A stretch of DNA of 63,331 nucleotides, taken from assembly GCA_046050355.1 (NCBI GenBank), contig JBJOPW010000006.1, positions 1-63,331 of the forward strand. The letters run 5' to 3'. This document shows, piece by piece, positions 1 through 9,252 of the stretch. The notes below the pieces were generated by a model, which was given only the letters and a program-made list of their open reading frames with translations, was not told the origin of the DNA and searched no databases. The translations under genes and the position numbers were made by a program. Position 1 is the stretch's first letter. Each line of letters opens with the position of its first letter. The stretch comes from Candidatus Parcubacteria bacterium. Its GTDB lineage: Bacteria > Patescibacteriota > Minisyncoccia > Phycocordibacterales > UBA918.

Positions 1-1962
1 GATACGTCTGGATCATCAAACGGTGGTGATAACCTGGCCATCTTAGCAGTGGCAGGTACCGGCACCATTGCGTATGTGGCCAAGGCTGCCAATGCTACGG
101 CTTGTTCGCAGGTGGCTGGTTCGGCGTTTGGTTGCGAATTTATGGTCTATGACCTATCGTCAACGACTAACCCACTCTATATACGAGGTATTGATGCTAG
201 TTTACGTGCCGATGGAGATCATAGTATTTCTACCCAAGCCATTCTCGTCGGTACATCGACTGTGATGCTTGGGCGGGTTGGGGTAGGAGTTGTATGTGAA
301 CAATTATGGGACCTGCATGCTGGTTGTGAAATTGTGTCATTGGCCATGGGCTCGACATTATCCGGCACTATGACTGGTACAAGTCGATGGAACAATATGA
401 CTGCATCGGGCGTTACCTTTGTTACGAACGCGGCATCTACAACCAATCTAACTATTGCCACCACCTCAATATTTGTAGCTCCTGCAAGCGATCTTGATAT
501 CAGTGGAAATTTCACCCAGCAAGGGGAGTGGCATTCGAATCAAGGTACCGTACTCTTGTCAGGGACAAATCAATTGCTCTCTGCCGCAGCGACTACCACC
601 TTTTATAACTTAAGCCAAGTGGCAACAACAACAGCTACCACTACATTTCGTAATGGGGTGACATGGCAGGTTGCCAATAATCTACTCCTCAGCGGTTCAA
701 GTAACAACCGCCTCAAGCTTCGTTCTTTGAGTGAAGGGGCACAATTGACACTACTGCCGACAGGATCAAGTACGACACGGTATCTCGATGTTAAAGATAC
801 CCGCAACAGCTCTTCAACATACCTGGATTGTTCAATCGGCTGTATTGACCGTGGCAATAATGTGAATTGGACATTCACCCCCGTGGTATTTGGTAGCGGT
901 TCATCAACCTTGACAAGTCACGGGGCGGGACAAATTGGCGATGCATTTAATGCCCAATCTGCATCAAATGAGTCGTTGCTTGGATTTTCATTGACGCCAC
1001 AAACTGGCGATGCAACAGTAACCAGTGTTCAATTTGATTTAATTGGAGTGAAACAAGTAACATCCGACCTATTTACTAATGTACGTTTGGTGATTGATAG
1101 AAATAGCAATCAACAATTTGATGGATCTGATACATTGGTTGGTGGTGCCGGAGAACTGCTCATAGAAAGTGCTGCCGGGTATATTATTTTTAGCGAGAGT
1201 TTTGCGGCGACAAGTAGTCTGAATTATTTGATTATCGCTGACTGGACAACGCCAAATATTGGAAGCTTTATGACCATACAACTATCACCACATAATATTC
1301 GTGTCAGTGATGCGGGAGGTTACCATACTATGTTTGGTTCTGTAATCTCTCGGCAACACTCTCGTAATAATCTTGGTGGCAATAGTGAGGGAAGTGGTAA
1401 TGGTGGCAGTGTTGGTGAGGTAGCACCAAGTGGTGCTGGTGACGTAGGAGGGGGAAGTTCTATTGGCGGAGAAGTCGTTGGTGATAATCCGGACTACGTT
1501 TGGCCAAGTAGTGAGAGTGGTGCTTGGGCGAGTGGTGCTTCAGCCCATGATCGGACTGATGGAACGTACGCGACAACTAACGCGACGGCTAACCACCACT
1601 ATACAGATCACGGCTTTGTCGTACCAGCGAGTAATACCATACAGGGTATTGTCATTAAACTTGAAGTTTCAGGTACAACCGGAGCTGGTTCGGTAGATGT
1701 GCAATTATCGTGGGATGGCGGAGCTAGCTGGACGAGTACGAAGTCAACGCCTACCGTGGGGTTAACCGATGTTGTGTATACTCTCGGTTCACCAAGTGAT
1801 ACTTGGGGCAGAAGTTGGTCGGTAGGAGAATTTAGCAATGCCAACTTTGCAGTCCGGGTAATTGGCAATCCAAGTAGCAACACCGTTCGCCTCGATGCGA
1901 TTCAGGCCCGGGTTTATCACATCAGTGGCGGGGGCGGGGGCGGGGGCGGGGGAGCGATCTAA
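1..1962 (+). CDS. large secreted/surface protein, 5'-truncated by the window edge, poly-Gly C-terminus
   Basis: Frame 1 is open from base 1 (no stop before the listed GTG at 49), so the N-terminus lies upstream. The composition is Thr/Ser/Gly/Asn-rich and low-complexity. The protein ends GGGGGGGGGAI-stop. It is the first gene of a co-directional cluster of secreted proteins. Confidence 0.6.
   Translation, partial: DTSGSSNGGDNLAILAVAGTGTIAYVAKAANATACSQVAGSAFGCEFMVYDLSSTTNPLYIRGIDASLRADGDHSISTQAILVGTSTVMLGRVGVGVVCEQLWDLHAGCEIVSLAMGSTLSGTMTGTSRWNNMTASGVTFVTNAASTTNLTIATTSIFVAPASDLDISGNFTQQGEWHSNQGTVLLSGTNQLLSAAATTTFYNLSQVATTTATTTFRNGVTWQVANNLLLSGSSNNRLKLRSLSEGAQLTLLPTGSSTTRYLDVKDTRNSSSTYLDCSIGCIDRGNNVNWTFTPVVFGSGSSTLTSHGAGQIGDAFNAQSASNESLLGFSLTPQTGDATVTSVQFDLIGVKQVTSDLFTNVRLVIDRNSNQQFDGSDTLVGGAGELLIESAAGYIIFSESFAATSSLNYLIIADWTTPNIGSFMTIQLSPHNIRVSDAGGYHTMFGSVISRQHSRNNLGGNSEGSGNGGSVGEVAPSGAGDVGGGSSIGGEVVGDNPDYVWPSSESGAWASGASAHDRTDGTYATTNATANHHYTDHGFVVPASNTIQGIVIKLEVSGTTGAGSVDVQLSWDGGASWTSTKSTPTVGLTDVVYTLGSPSDTWGRSWSVGEFSNANFAVRVIGNPSSNTVRLDAIQARVYHISGGGGGGGGGAI
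1927..1952 (+). repeat. (GGGGC)n pentanucleotide repeat / G-quadruplex motif encoding the poly-Gly tail
   Basis: GGCGGGGGCGGGGGCGGGGGCGGGGG contains four G5 runs separated by single C residues, 8 nt before the stop codon. Confidence 0.9.
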
Positions 1963-2025
1963 GCATCTTTTATACACAGATGGAAACCCAAAGAGTAAAA
2001 CAATCAAATGATATACTATATGCAT

Positions 2026-2718
2026 ATGAATAAAATTGTTGTGAGTAGTCGATTTGCGCTACAATACGCTATCAGTCTGGCACTCCTCTTCGTGATACTA
2101 TTTAGCTTAATTCTTGAGCCTACGCTTGGACAAGCAGCCGCTTCTATTAATGATACTTTTCTTATTTCACAAGAAATTACAGATGAAATATCATTTTTGG
2201 TCCCAGCGGCTGATGTGACGATGGTTGGTGCTATTCAAGGTGTATCAGGCGGGTACGCCACCGGTACCACCTATGCTGTCGTTCGCAGTAACAGTAACTC
2301 GGGCTACACAATGGATATTAGTTTCTCCAATACTCCAGCAATGCGTGGTAACACGACATTCAGTACCGCTATTCGTGATTTTGCTACCTCGTCATCAATG
2401 ATGCAGCCAAGCTTTACCTTTGTGGCGAGTTCAGCTGCCCAATTTGGCTATACCGTCGCTGCTTCAACTACGTCTGATCTCGACCCATCATTTTTAAATG
2501 ACGGGTCAGCTTGCAATGCAGGAGCTGGATATACCGCTAATCGTTGTTGGATGACTCCTTCTACAACCGCCTACCGTATCATTAACCGTTCCACTTCAGC
2601 TCCAAGTGGCGCTACGACCACACTCACCTTCCATATCGAGGTGCCAAGTAATCCAAGTCCGTCAGTTGACGAGGACTTCTATACCGCCACAGCAACCTTG
2701 ACGGCCACCAACCAGTAG
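2026..2718 (+). CDS. secreted protein, paralog of 3749..4516 (WxL-like C-terminal block)
   Basis: Listed ORF is 2008..2718. ATG 2026 lies 8 nt after TATACT (2012-2017). There is a hydrophobic signal segment (LALLFVILFSLIL...GQAAA). It shares the blocks DGSAC..CW, PSGATTTL.F.I and the C-terminal Y.AT.T.TA with 3749..4516. Confidence 0.7.
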   Translation: MNKIVVSSRFALQYAISLALLFVILFSLILEPTLGQAAASINDTFLISQEITDEISFLVPAADVTMVGAIQGVSGGYATGTTYAVVRSNSNSGYTMDISFSNTPAMRGNTTFSTAIRDFATSSSMMQPSFTFVASSAAQFGYTVAASTTSDLDPSFLNDGSACNAGAGYTANRCWMTPSTTAYRIINRSTSAPSGATTTLTFHIEVPSNPSPSVDEDFYTATATLTATNQ

Positions 2719-2734
2719 GTACACTAGTAGTATC

Positions 2735-3745
2735 ATGCGGTACGTTTCTTGGAGTATTCTCTCTATTGTTGCAATTATTTTTCCGTACACGCTCACTTTT
2801 GGACAAAGTACAGCTACTACTACAGCATCAACATCAACTGAAGCCCTAATTAGCGGGCTTACCGTCACTCGTGAACAAATACCTGGTAGTGATATCCAAC
2901 TCGGTGACTTTGTGGTTGGTCCAGGTAAAGCAGAAGTGGTAGTTAAACCTGGAGAAACCGTCTATAAAGAAATAACCGTAACCAATCGTATTGATGATGA
3001 GCGGTCATTTCAGTTTCATATCGAAGATATGTCTGGATCAGCTGATGGGCGAGAAGCAGCTGTGCTTTTAGGTGATCAAAGCGGACCGTACTCCCTCAAA
3101 GATTATGTGAGCGTGCCAGAAGCAGTTATTAGTCTTAAGCTTGGTGAACGCGCTCGCATCCCAGTAAAAATCTCTATGCCACTTGAGGCTGAACCGGGGG
3201 GATACTATGGTGCAGTACTCGTTTCGACTGTTCAAAATAATACAGAGAGTGATGATGCTATTGCTCAATCACCTATTGTGGCTCGCATTGGAACCCTCTT
3301 TTTTATTACTGTCCCTGGTGAGGCTACTAAAGAGAGTGCCTTACTTTCGTTTGGTACACAAAACAATCAGTGGTGGTTTACCAAAGGTCCAATTGAACTT
3401 GGTATCAGTTATGAGAATAAAGGTTCTATTCACTTGAATCCATATGGTGAAGTGAGAATTACCAATATGCTTGGTAACGAAGTTGGGTATATAGAGCTTG
3501 ATCCATGGTTTGTCCTCCCAAAATCAATCCGTACACGAGATATTACCTGGACATCAGAATTTTTGCTCGGAAGGTATGCGCTCACCGCCTCGGTTAATCG
3601 CGGGTACGACAATATAATTGATACGACAACAATTTATATTTGGGTTATACCATGGCAATTACTCATCTCTGTTTTTGCGGCTATCTTTGGTATACTATTT
3701 TTGTTCCGTTGGTTCTTTAACAAATTTGAACTTAAACGCAAGTAA
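2735..3745 (+). CDS. cell-surface protein with signal peptide and C-terminal TM anchor (DUF916/DUF3324-like architecture)
   Basis: N-terminal signal (ILSIVAIIFPYTLTFGQ). There are two beta-rich halves (PGETVYKEITVTNR..., IHLNPYGEVRITNMLGNEV...LGRYALTASV). The C-terminal TM segment WQLLISVFAAIFGILFLF is followed by a basic tail KFELKRK. Confidence 0.65.
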   Translation: MRYVSWSILSIVAIIFPYTLTFGQSTATTTASTSTEALISGLTVTREQIPGSDIQLGDFVVGPGKAEVVVKPGETVYKEITVTNRIDDERSFQFHIEDMSGSADGREAAVLLGDQSGPYSLKDYVSVPEAVISLKLGERARIPVKISMPLEAEPGGYYGAVLVSTVQNNTESDDAIAQSPIVARIGTLFFITVPGEATKESALLSFGTQNNQWWFTKGPIELGISYENKGSIHLNPYGEVRITNMLGNEVGYIELDPWFVLPKSIRTRDITWTSEFLLGRYALTASVNRGYDNIIDTTTIYIWVIPWQLLISVFAAIFGILFLFRWFFNKFELKRK

Positions 3746-3748
3746 ATT

Positions 3749-4516
3749 ATGAAAAGGGAGTTAGGGATACTCCAAAGTGTTTTCCAGTCATTTGTTCTCA
3801 CAATGATACTTTTTTCGTTGGTTGGCTTAGGACAAGCTCAGGTAATGAACAGCAGTAATTTTGGTATTGAGCGAGACAGTATTAATTTTGGTGGTGGTTA
3901 TGCCTCCTCATCGTCATACCAACAAGAATCAACGTTTGGTGAGATAGCCACCGGCAATGGTTCGAGTACAAATTTTTCTCTCGAAGGTGGATATCAGCAA
4001 ATGGGCGAATCATATATCAGTCTTTCGGTGATTGGTGATGTGGCCATGAGTCCGGATATCGGTTTGGCAGGGGGTGTTAGTAATGGCACCACATTCTTTA
4101 TAGTAACTACTGATAATCGTCTCGGCTATCGCGCAACACTCGAGAGTGCGCTAGCTCCAGCGCTACAGTCTGGTGGAAATACGATTGCCAACTATGTGCC
4201 GGGAACCAGTAACCCCGACGTGACATTTTCTACCAACAGCACGCAGGCACACTTCGGCTTTACTCCCGAAGGAGTTGATATTGCACAACGGTACCGTGAT
4301 AATGGATCAGCTTGTGGCGTGGGTTCTGGTGATACGGTAGATGCTTGTTGGGATATGGTATCAACTACTCCGATTGAAATTGTCAGGCGAACGACGAGTA
4401 ATCATCCCAGTGGCGCAACGACCACGCTTAAATTCCGTATTGGAATCGGTAGCGGGGCAGCGGTAACGGCCGGTACCTATGTTGCGACAAGTACCGTGAC
4501 AGCAATTACACTATGA
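3749..4516 (+). CDS. secreted protein, paralog of 2026..2718
   Basis: Signal/TM segment (FVLTMILFSLVGLGQAQ). Blocks NGSACGVGSGDTVDACW, HPSGATTTLKFRIGIG and the C-terminal YVATSTVTAITL align to the 2026..2718 product. Confidence 0.7.
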   Translation: MKRELGILQSVFQSFVLTMILFSLVGLGQAQVMNSSNFGIERDSINFGGGYASSSSYQQESTFGEIATGNGSSTNFSLEGGYQQMGESYISLSVIGDVAMSPDIGLAGGVSNGTTFFIVTTDNRLGYRATLESALAPALQSGGNTIANYVPGTSNPDVTFSTNSTQAHFGFTPEGVDIAQRYRDNGSACGVGSGDTVDACWDMVSTTPIEIVRRTTSNHPSGATTTLKFRIGIGSGAAVTAGTYVATSTVTAITL

Positions 4517-6078
4517 TCCGGTTCTTTATGGTAGGGATGTTGGCGCTGTATCCTGCCCTCGTACTGGCGCAGAGTGACTCGTTTATTATTCGCACATTTA
4601 TTGGGAGCGATACCGAGGCACCTACCACACCAACCGGCGTTGCCGTCACCCCAATGTCATCAAGTCAGATTGATATTGTCTGGAGTCCGGTGACAGACAA
4701 TTTTGCGGTAGGTGGCTATCGAGTAGCAAGAGACGGCATACATATTGCCACCACCAGCCTCACCACATTTACTGATACGGGCCTATTGGCAAGTACTACG
4801 TATAGCTATACCATTGACGCCTTTGATCTTTTTTACAATTTTTCGAGTACTTCTTTGTCGGTTGGAACGACTACGTTGCCACTTACGGTACCCGTGGTAG
4901 CAACGACCACTCCAACTGACACCACCGCGGTAACGGCCGTACCGGCACTACGGTCATTTTTGCTCACTCCAGATAAACGAACTGTGCGGCTCAACTTTGA
5001 TTCGTATGGGCCGACCCGATACATAATTCGCTTTGGTCGTACGAACACCCATGAATTAGGGAGTGTATCAACCAATATATTTAAAACCAACCACGAGGTG
5101 GTTTTAAGTGGTCTTGAACCAGGTACAGCATACTATGTTGAACTTTCGCTCATCAATAATTCTGGTAGCGAACGTGTGGTTCGACGCGAGCGGTTTGTGA
5201 CCATGGCGGCTATTACACCGTCTGTGCCAATCAGCGCCTATGGTGTACGGGGTGAAATACGTGGTGACGATATACAGCTGCTCTGGGAAAATCCCCGTAA
5301 TTACGATGCGGTAAGAGTGGTACGTAGCCATTTGTTTTATCCAACCGATATATATGATGGGGTCACCATATATGAAGGTCGTGATACTGGTGTCGTCGAT
5401 ACGGCGGTGTTGGCACAGCATGACGAGGTTTTTTATGCGGTTTTTGTGATCATGCCAGATGGTCAGGTGGCTGCCCCGGCGGTACTTCGCGTAGCCCGCC
5501 CTAGGAGTAGTCAATCATCATCTCAGAGCGATGGCGGAGTAAAAGACACTAGTCTGCTTCCGCCACCAGTGCCACCAGACATGTCTCTGTCTCCAGCCTA
5601 CGAGCGTTATTTAGTGCCAAGTGATATCTTTTTTTCTAGTCGTGATTCACTTAAAACCCTTGATTCGCTTGAGCGACTACCGGTCGATGAAACTATCGTC
5701 GTGTCTATTCCGGTCAGTGCGTTACCTTTGCATCTTAAAACCATACTCGTGTCTTTATATCACCCTAGCAATCACAATGAAGTCGCTACCTATCTCCTTA
5801 AATTACGTGCCGATGGCGAAGCCTATGAGGCCTCATTGAGAACCAGTACTGTAGTGGGTGAGGGTAAGATTCTCGTTGAGCTATATGATTACGAGCGAAC
5901 TGTGGTGCGGCGACTATCACGTACCGTAGTCTATACGAATGAGGCGCTTCATACTCCAGCAGCAACAACAACGGTGATACAGCAGTTTGCATCGTGGTGG
6001 TGGTTGTGGCTCATCCCTATCATGCTGGGTATTGGCTGGCGGTTACTCATGGTATTTCGGCGTGAGGATAACCGATAA
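4513..6078 (+). CDS. fibronectin type III-like repeat surface protein with C-terminal TM anchor
   Basis: The start overlaps the previous stop (ATGA at 4513-4516). Signal peptide is MLALYPALVLAQS. An FN3-like segment reads PTGVAVTPMSSSQIDIVWSPVTDNFAVGGYRV...TTYSYTIDAFD. The C-terminal TM segment WWWLWLIPIMLGIGWRLLMVF is followed by RREDNR. Confidence 0.7.
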   Translation: MIRFFMVGMLALYPALVLAQSDSFIIRTFIGSDTEAPTTPTGVAVTPMSSSQIDIVWSPVTDNFAVGGYRVARDGIHIATTSLTTFTDTGLLASTTYSYTIDAFDLFYNFSSTSLSVGTTTLPLTVPVVATTTPTDTTAVTAVPALRSFLLTPDKRTVRLNFDSYGPTRYIIRFGRTNTHELGSVSTNIFKTNHEVVLSGLEPGTAYYVELSLINNSGSERVVRRERFVTMAAITPSVPISAYGVRGEIRGDDIQLLWENPRNYDAVRVVRSHLFYPTDIYDGVTIYEGRDTGVVDTAVLAQHDEVFYAVFVIMPDGQVAAPAVLRVARPRSSQSSSQSDGGVKDTSLLPPPVPPDMSLSPAYERYLVPSDIFFSSRDSLKTLDSLERLPVDETIVVSIPVSALPLHLKTILVSLYHPSNHNEVATYLLKLRADGEAYEASLRTSTVVGEGKILVELYDYERTVVRRLSRTVVYTNEALHTPAATTTVIQQFASWWWLWLIPIMLGIGWRLLMVFRREDNR

Positions 6079-6137
6079 GGCACATCGCCTCGAGGTAGGC
6101 TATAGTACTAGTATCTTAGTAGTTGTAAACAGTTCTT

Positions 6138-7151
6138 ATGGCAAAAGTAGCAATTAATGGCTTTGGTCGGATTGGGCGAACATTTTTTCGCATGGCTTGG
6201 CAGCATCCAGATATTGAGGTTGTAGCGATTAATGATCTCGGTAACATTGATAATTTGGCGTATCTGCTCACGTATGACTCTGCCTACGGACGAGCTCCTT
6301 TTGTGGTGAGTGTAGACGGTCAGGAGTTAGTTGTAGACGGTCGACGAATTGCTATTGTGCAGGAGAAAGACCCCGCCAATTTGCCATGGGGAGCTATGGG
6401 GATTGATGTGGTGGTGGAATCAACTGGCTTTTTCACTACATATAGTGGTGCCGGAGCACACCTAACCGCCGGTGCAAAAAGGGTAGTTATCTCAGCACCA
6501 GCCAAAGACGATGGTGCCGGTGTCACCGGGGCTACGGTTTTGATGGGGGTGAATGAAGAAGTAATGACCACCTGTCAGGTGACGTCAAATGCGTCTTGTA
6601 CTACCAATGCCACCAGTCCCCTCATTGCCATTTTAAAAGAGGCGATAGGGATAGAAAAAGCCCTACTTTCAACCGTACATGCATATACCGCATCACAATC
6701 ACTCGTCGATGCGCCAAAGAAGGATTGGCGAGAGGGTCGGGCTGCCGCTTTGAACATTGTCCCGACGAGTACTGGTGCCGCTATTGCCACAACGTTGGCA
6801 CATCCCGAACTTACTAATAAATTTGATGGTATTTCACTCCGAGTACCGGTACCAGTTGGTTCGATTGTTGACGTGACTTTTTTGGCAACTCGACCAACTA
6901 CTGTTGAGGAGGTGAACCAGGCATTAACGGTAGCCGCTGCTTCTGATCGATGGAAACATTTGTTTGCGGTCACTACTGAAGCGTTGGTCTCGAGTGACAT
7001 CATCGGTGCGCGCTATGCATCAATTGCTGATCTGGCGTTTACTCGCGTCGTTGATGGTGATTTGGTAAAGGTAATGGCCTGGTATGATAACGAGACGAGT
7101 TACACCCATACTCTCATCGAACACGTTGCGGCTGTAGCGCGTACCCTGTAG
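6138..7151 (+). CDS. gap: glyceraldehyde-3-phosphate dehydrogenase
   Basis: N-terminal INGFGRIGR Rossmann motif, catalytic SNASCTTN, C-terminal WYDNE. Full length at 337 aa. Confidence 0.95.
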   Translation: MAKVAINGFGRIGRTFFRMAWQHPDIEVVAINDLGNIDNLAYLLTYDSAYGRAPFVVSVDGQELVVDGRRIAIVQEKDPANLPWGAMGIDVVVESTGFFTTYSGAGAHLTAGAKRVVISAPAKDDGAGVTGATVLMGVNEEVMTTCQVTSNASCTTNATSPLIAILKEAIGIEKALLSTVHAYTASQSLVDAPKKDWREGRAAALNIVPTSTGAAIATTLAHPELTNKFDGISLRVPVPVGSIVDVTFLATRPTTVEEVNQALTVAAASDRWKHLFAVTTEALVSSDIIGARYASIADLAFTRVVDGDLVKVMAWYDNETSYTHTLIEHVAAVARTL

Positions 7152-7167
7152 GGTGTGTCACTTCTTT

Positions 7168-7641
7168 ATGAGTGAAACCAGACCACGACAATTTGCTACT
7201 ATTTATCTTGCGAGTGATCACGCTGGATTTGCCTACAAGGAAGCGGTGAAAGTGTGGCTCGAGGCAGAGAATTTTTTAGTCATTGATGGTGGAGCTGAAG
7301 TCTTCGCCGCTGAAGATGACTTTCCCGATTTTGTGATTCCTACAGTTATGGCGATGACTGCTGATGAAGGTGGGGAAGCGGGAGCGATAGTCTTTGGCGG
7401 TTCTGGACAAGGTGAAGCCATGGCAGCTAATCGTGTCAAAGGGGCCAGAGCTATCGTTTATTATGGTGGCAACAAAATAATCCCTACATTGGGTCGAGAA
7501 CATAACGATGCAAATGTGCTCTCTATTGGCGCACGGTTTGTAACCCTCGATGAGACTAAAGAAGCGATTTGGCATTGGCTTCATACTGAAACATTTCATG
7601 ACGATACATACACTCGTCGTAATAAGAAGCTTGACTGGTAA
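7168..7641 (+). CDS. rpiB: ribose-5-phosphate isomerase B
   Basis: LASDHAGF and GGSGQGEAMAANRVKGARA motifs of the RpiB/LacAB family. The listed ORF starts at GTG 7153. ATG 7168 is preferred. Confidence 0.9.
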   Translation: MSETRPRQFATIYLASDHAGFAYKEAVKVWLEAENFLVIDGGAEVFAAEDDFPDFVIPTVMAMTADEGGEAGAIVFGGSGQGEAMAANRVKGARAIVYYGGNKIIPTLGREHNDANVLSIGARFVTLDETKEAIWHWLHTETFHDDTYTRRNKKLDW

Positions 7642-7650
7642 GTATCTTTT

Positions 7651-8319
7651 ATGTTGTCTTCTCCCATCATCCCCGCCATTATTCCGGACTCCGCAGCCGC
7701 CGTTGCACAATTTCTTCAGTCTCTCCCCGGTGTACCAGAATTGCATCTCGATGTCGTGGACGGAATTTTTGTGCCATTTACCTCGTGGCCGTACACCCCA
7801 GCCGGGAGTCCGCATGAAGTGCTAACTATCTGCGAAGCAGTGTCTCTCGAAGTTGACTTGATGGTTGCCTCTCCATTAACAGCCGCGCGAACATGGATCG
7901 CGGCTGGTGCTGATATGCTTGTTTTTCATATCGAAACTATTACGCCAGAAGCCTTAGGGCAGTTTGCACTAGAAACCGCTGTGACCATTGGTGTCGCTGC
8001 CAACAGTGATACGCCATCTGAACAACTCCTGCCATATCTTGAGATCGCTGATTATGTGCAAGTTATGGGTATTGGTACAATTGGTACCCAAGGTCAATCC
8101 TTTGATGAGCGTGCAATTGAGCGTATCACTTGGTTGCGGACACAAGATGCTGCGCTGGTGATCAGTATTGACGGTAGCGTCAATGCGGAGACACTACCGA
8201 AGTTACTGCCGTATGGTCTTGAGCGGTATATCGTTGGTTCAGCCATCAGTCGGGCCGATGAACCAAAAAGGGTCTACGCTACATTATCTGCGCTTGCTCT
8301 TCAACAGCCCGCCCCGTAA
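7651..8319 (+). CDS. rpe: ribulose-phosphate 3-epimerase-like protein
   Basis: HLDVVDGIFVP, GADMLVFHIE, VQVMGIGTIGTQGQSF and SIDGSVN match the Rpe barrel motifs. The gene lies within a pentose-phosphate cluster. Confidence 0.8.
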   Translation: MLSSPIIPAIIPDSAAAVAQFLQSLPGVPELHLDVVDGIFVPFTSWPYTPAGSPHEVLTICEAVSLEVDLMVASPLTAARTWIAAGADMLVFHIETITPEALGQFALETAVTIGVAANSDTPSEQLLPYLEIADYVQVMGIGTIGTQGQSFDERAIERITWLRTQDAALVISIDGSVNAETLPKLLPYGLERYIVGSAISRADEPKRVYATLSALALQQPAP

Positions 8320-8347
8320 GTGTGTTACCTGATGCGGTATACTACTG

Positions 8348-9250
8348 ATGTCTATGCATTATCTTTCTTCGGCGGATGTCACTCGTCTTGAATTACAAGC
8401 CAATACCATTAGGCAAAGTATTATTGAAATGCTGTTTGAAGCAAAGAGTGGGCATACCGCTGGACCACTTGGCATGGCAGATATACTCACCTTGCTCTAT
8501 TTTGAGGTATTGCAACATGATCCAAAAAATCCAGCCTGGAGTGACCGTGACCGCCTCATCCTCTCAAATGGTCATATTTGCCCGGTGTTATACGCAACGT
8601 TAGCCCATGCTGGTTATTTTCCGGTAGAAGAACTCATGACACTCCGTAAGTTTGGTTCACGTCTCCAAGGGCATCCACACCGCGAAGCATTGCCCGGCAT
8701 TGAAACAAGTTCGGGTCCACTTGGGAGCGGGCTGTCGCAAGCAGTTGGTATGGCCTTGGCTGAGCGTATTGATAACCCGTACTCATCAAAGTATTTTTAT
8801 TGTCTGACCGGGGATGGTGAATTAAACGAAGGGCAAATCTGGGAAGCTGCTCTCTTGGCGGGTAAGGAAAAGCTTCACAACCTCATTGTCATTGTTGATC
8901 GTAACGGTATTCAGATTGATGGTTATACTAAAGACGTCATGCCACTTGAACCGCTATGTGAAAAGTTTGAAGCTTTTAACTTTGATGTGCAGGAAGTTGA
9001 CGGACACAACATTCGGGCGGTGAACGATGCAATTGGTAAAGCTCAGGCCGTCTATAGTCAACCGTCGCTCATTATCGCCCATACTATCGCTTCGAAAGGA
9101 GTTGATGTGTTCGAGCGCGATTTTCGTTGGCACGGAAATCCTCCCGGCAAAGGTCCAGAAGACCGTGTTCCGCGCAGTGAACAGGCCAAGGTAGCGCTTG
9201 AAAAACTGCGGACGCTAGCTGGCACTATTAGTAAGCACGATATTTCTTAG
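8348..9250 (+). CDS. tkt: transketolase, N-terminal (TPP-binding) subunit
   Basis: GHTAGPLGMADIL, GDGELNEGQIWEA and RDRLILSNGH motifs. It is 300 aa and followed 2 nt later by the C-terminal half, so this is a split transketolase. Confidence 0.92.
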   Translation: MSMHYLSSADVTRLELQANTIRQSIIEMLFEAKSGHTAGPLGMADILTLLYFEVLQHDPKNPAWSDRDRLILSNGHICPVLYATLAHAGYFPVEELMTLRKFGSRLQGHPHREALPGIETSSGPLGSGLSQAVGMALAERIDNPYSSKYFYCLTGDGELNEGQIWEAALLAGKEKLHNLIVIVDRNGIQIDGYTKDVMPLEPLCEKFEAFNFDVQEVDGHNIRAVNDAIGKAQAVYSQPSLIIAHTIASKGVDVFERDFRWHGNPPGKGPEDRVPRSEQAKVALEKLRTLAGTISKHDIS

Positions 9251-9252
9251 GT

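Noticed and set aside
4514-4516. Possible UGA recoding (genetic code 25), as in some candidate phyla.
   Set aside because: TGA terminates well-supported genes at their expected ends (4514-4516, 20822-20824, 28636-28638). Conserved proteins show no in-frame TGA, so the standard code 11 fits.
7276-7815. A 179-aa - strand ORF. The similar case 37478..38017 is also 179 aa on the - strand.
   Set aside because: Both are antisense to confidently identified genes (rpiB/rpe and rnhB) and lack start signals and motifs.
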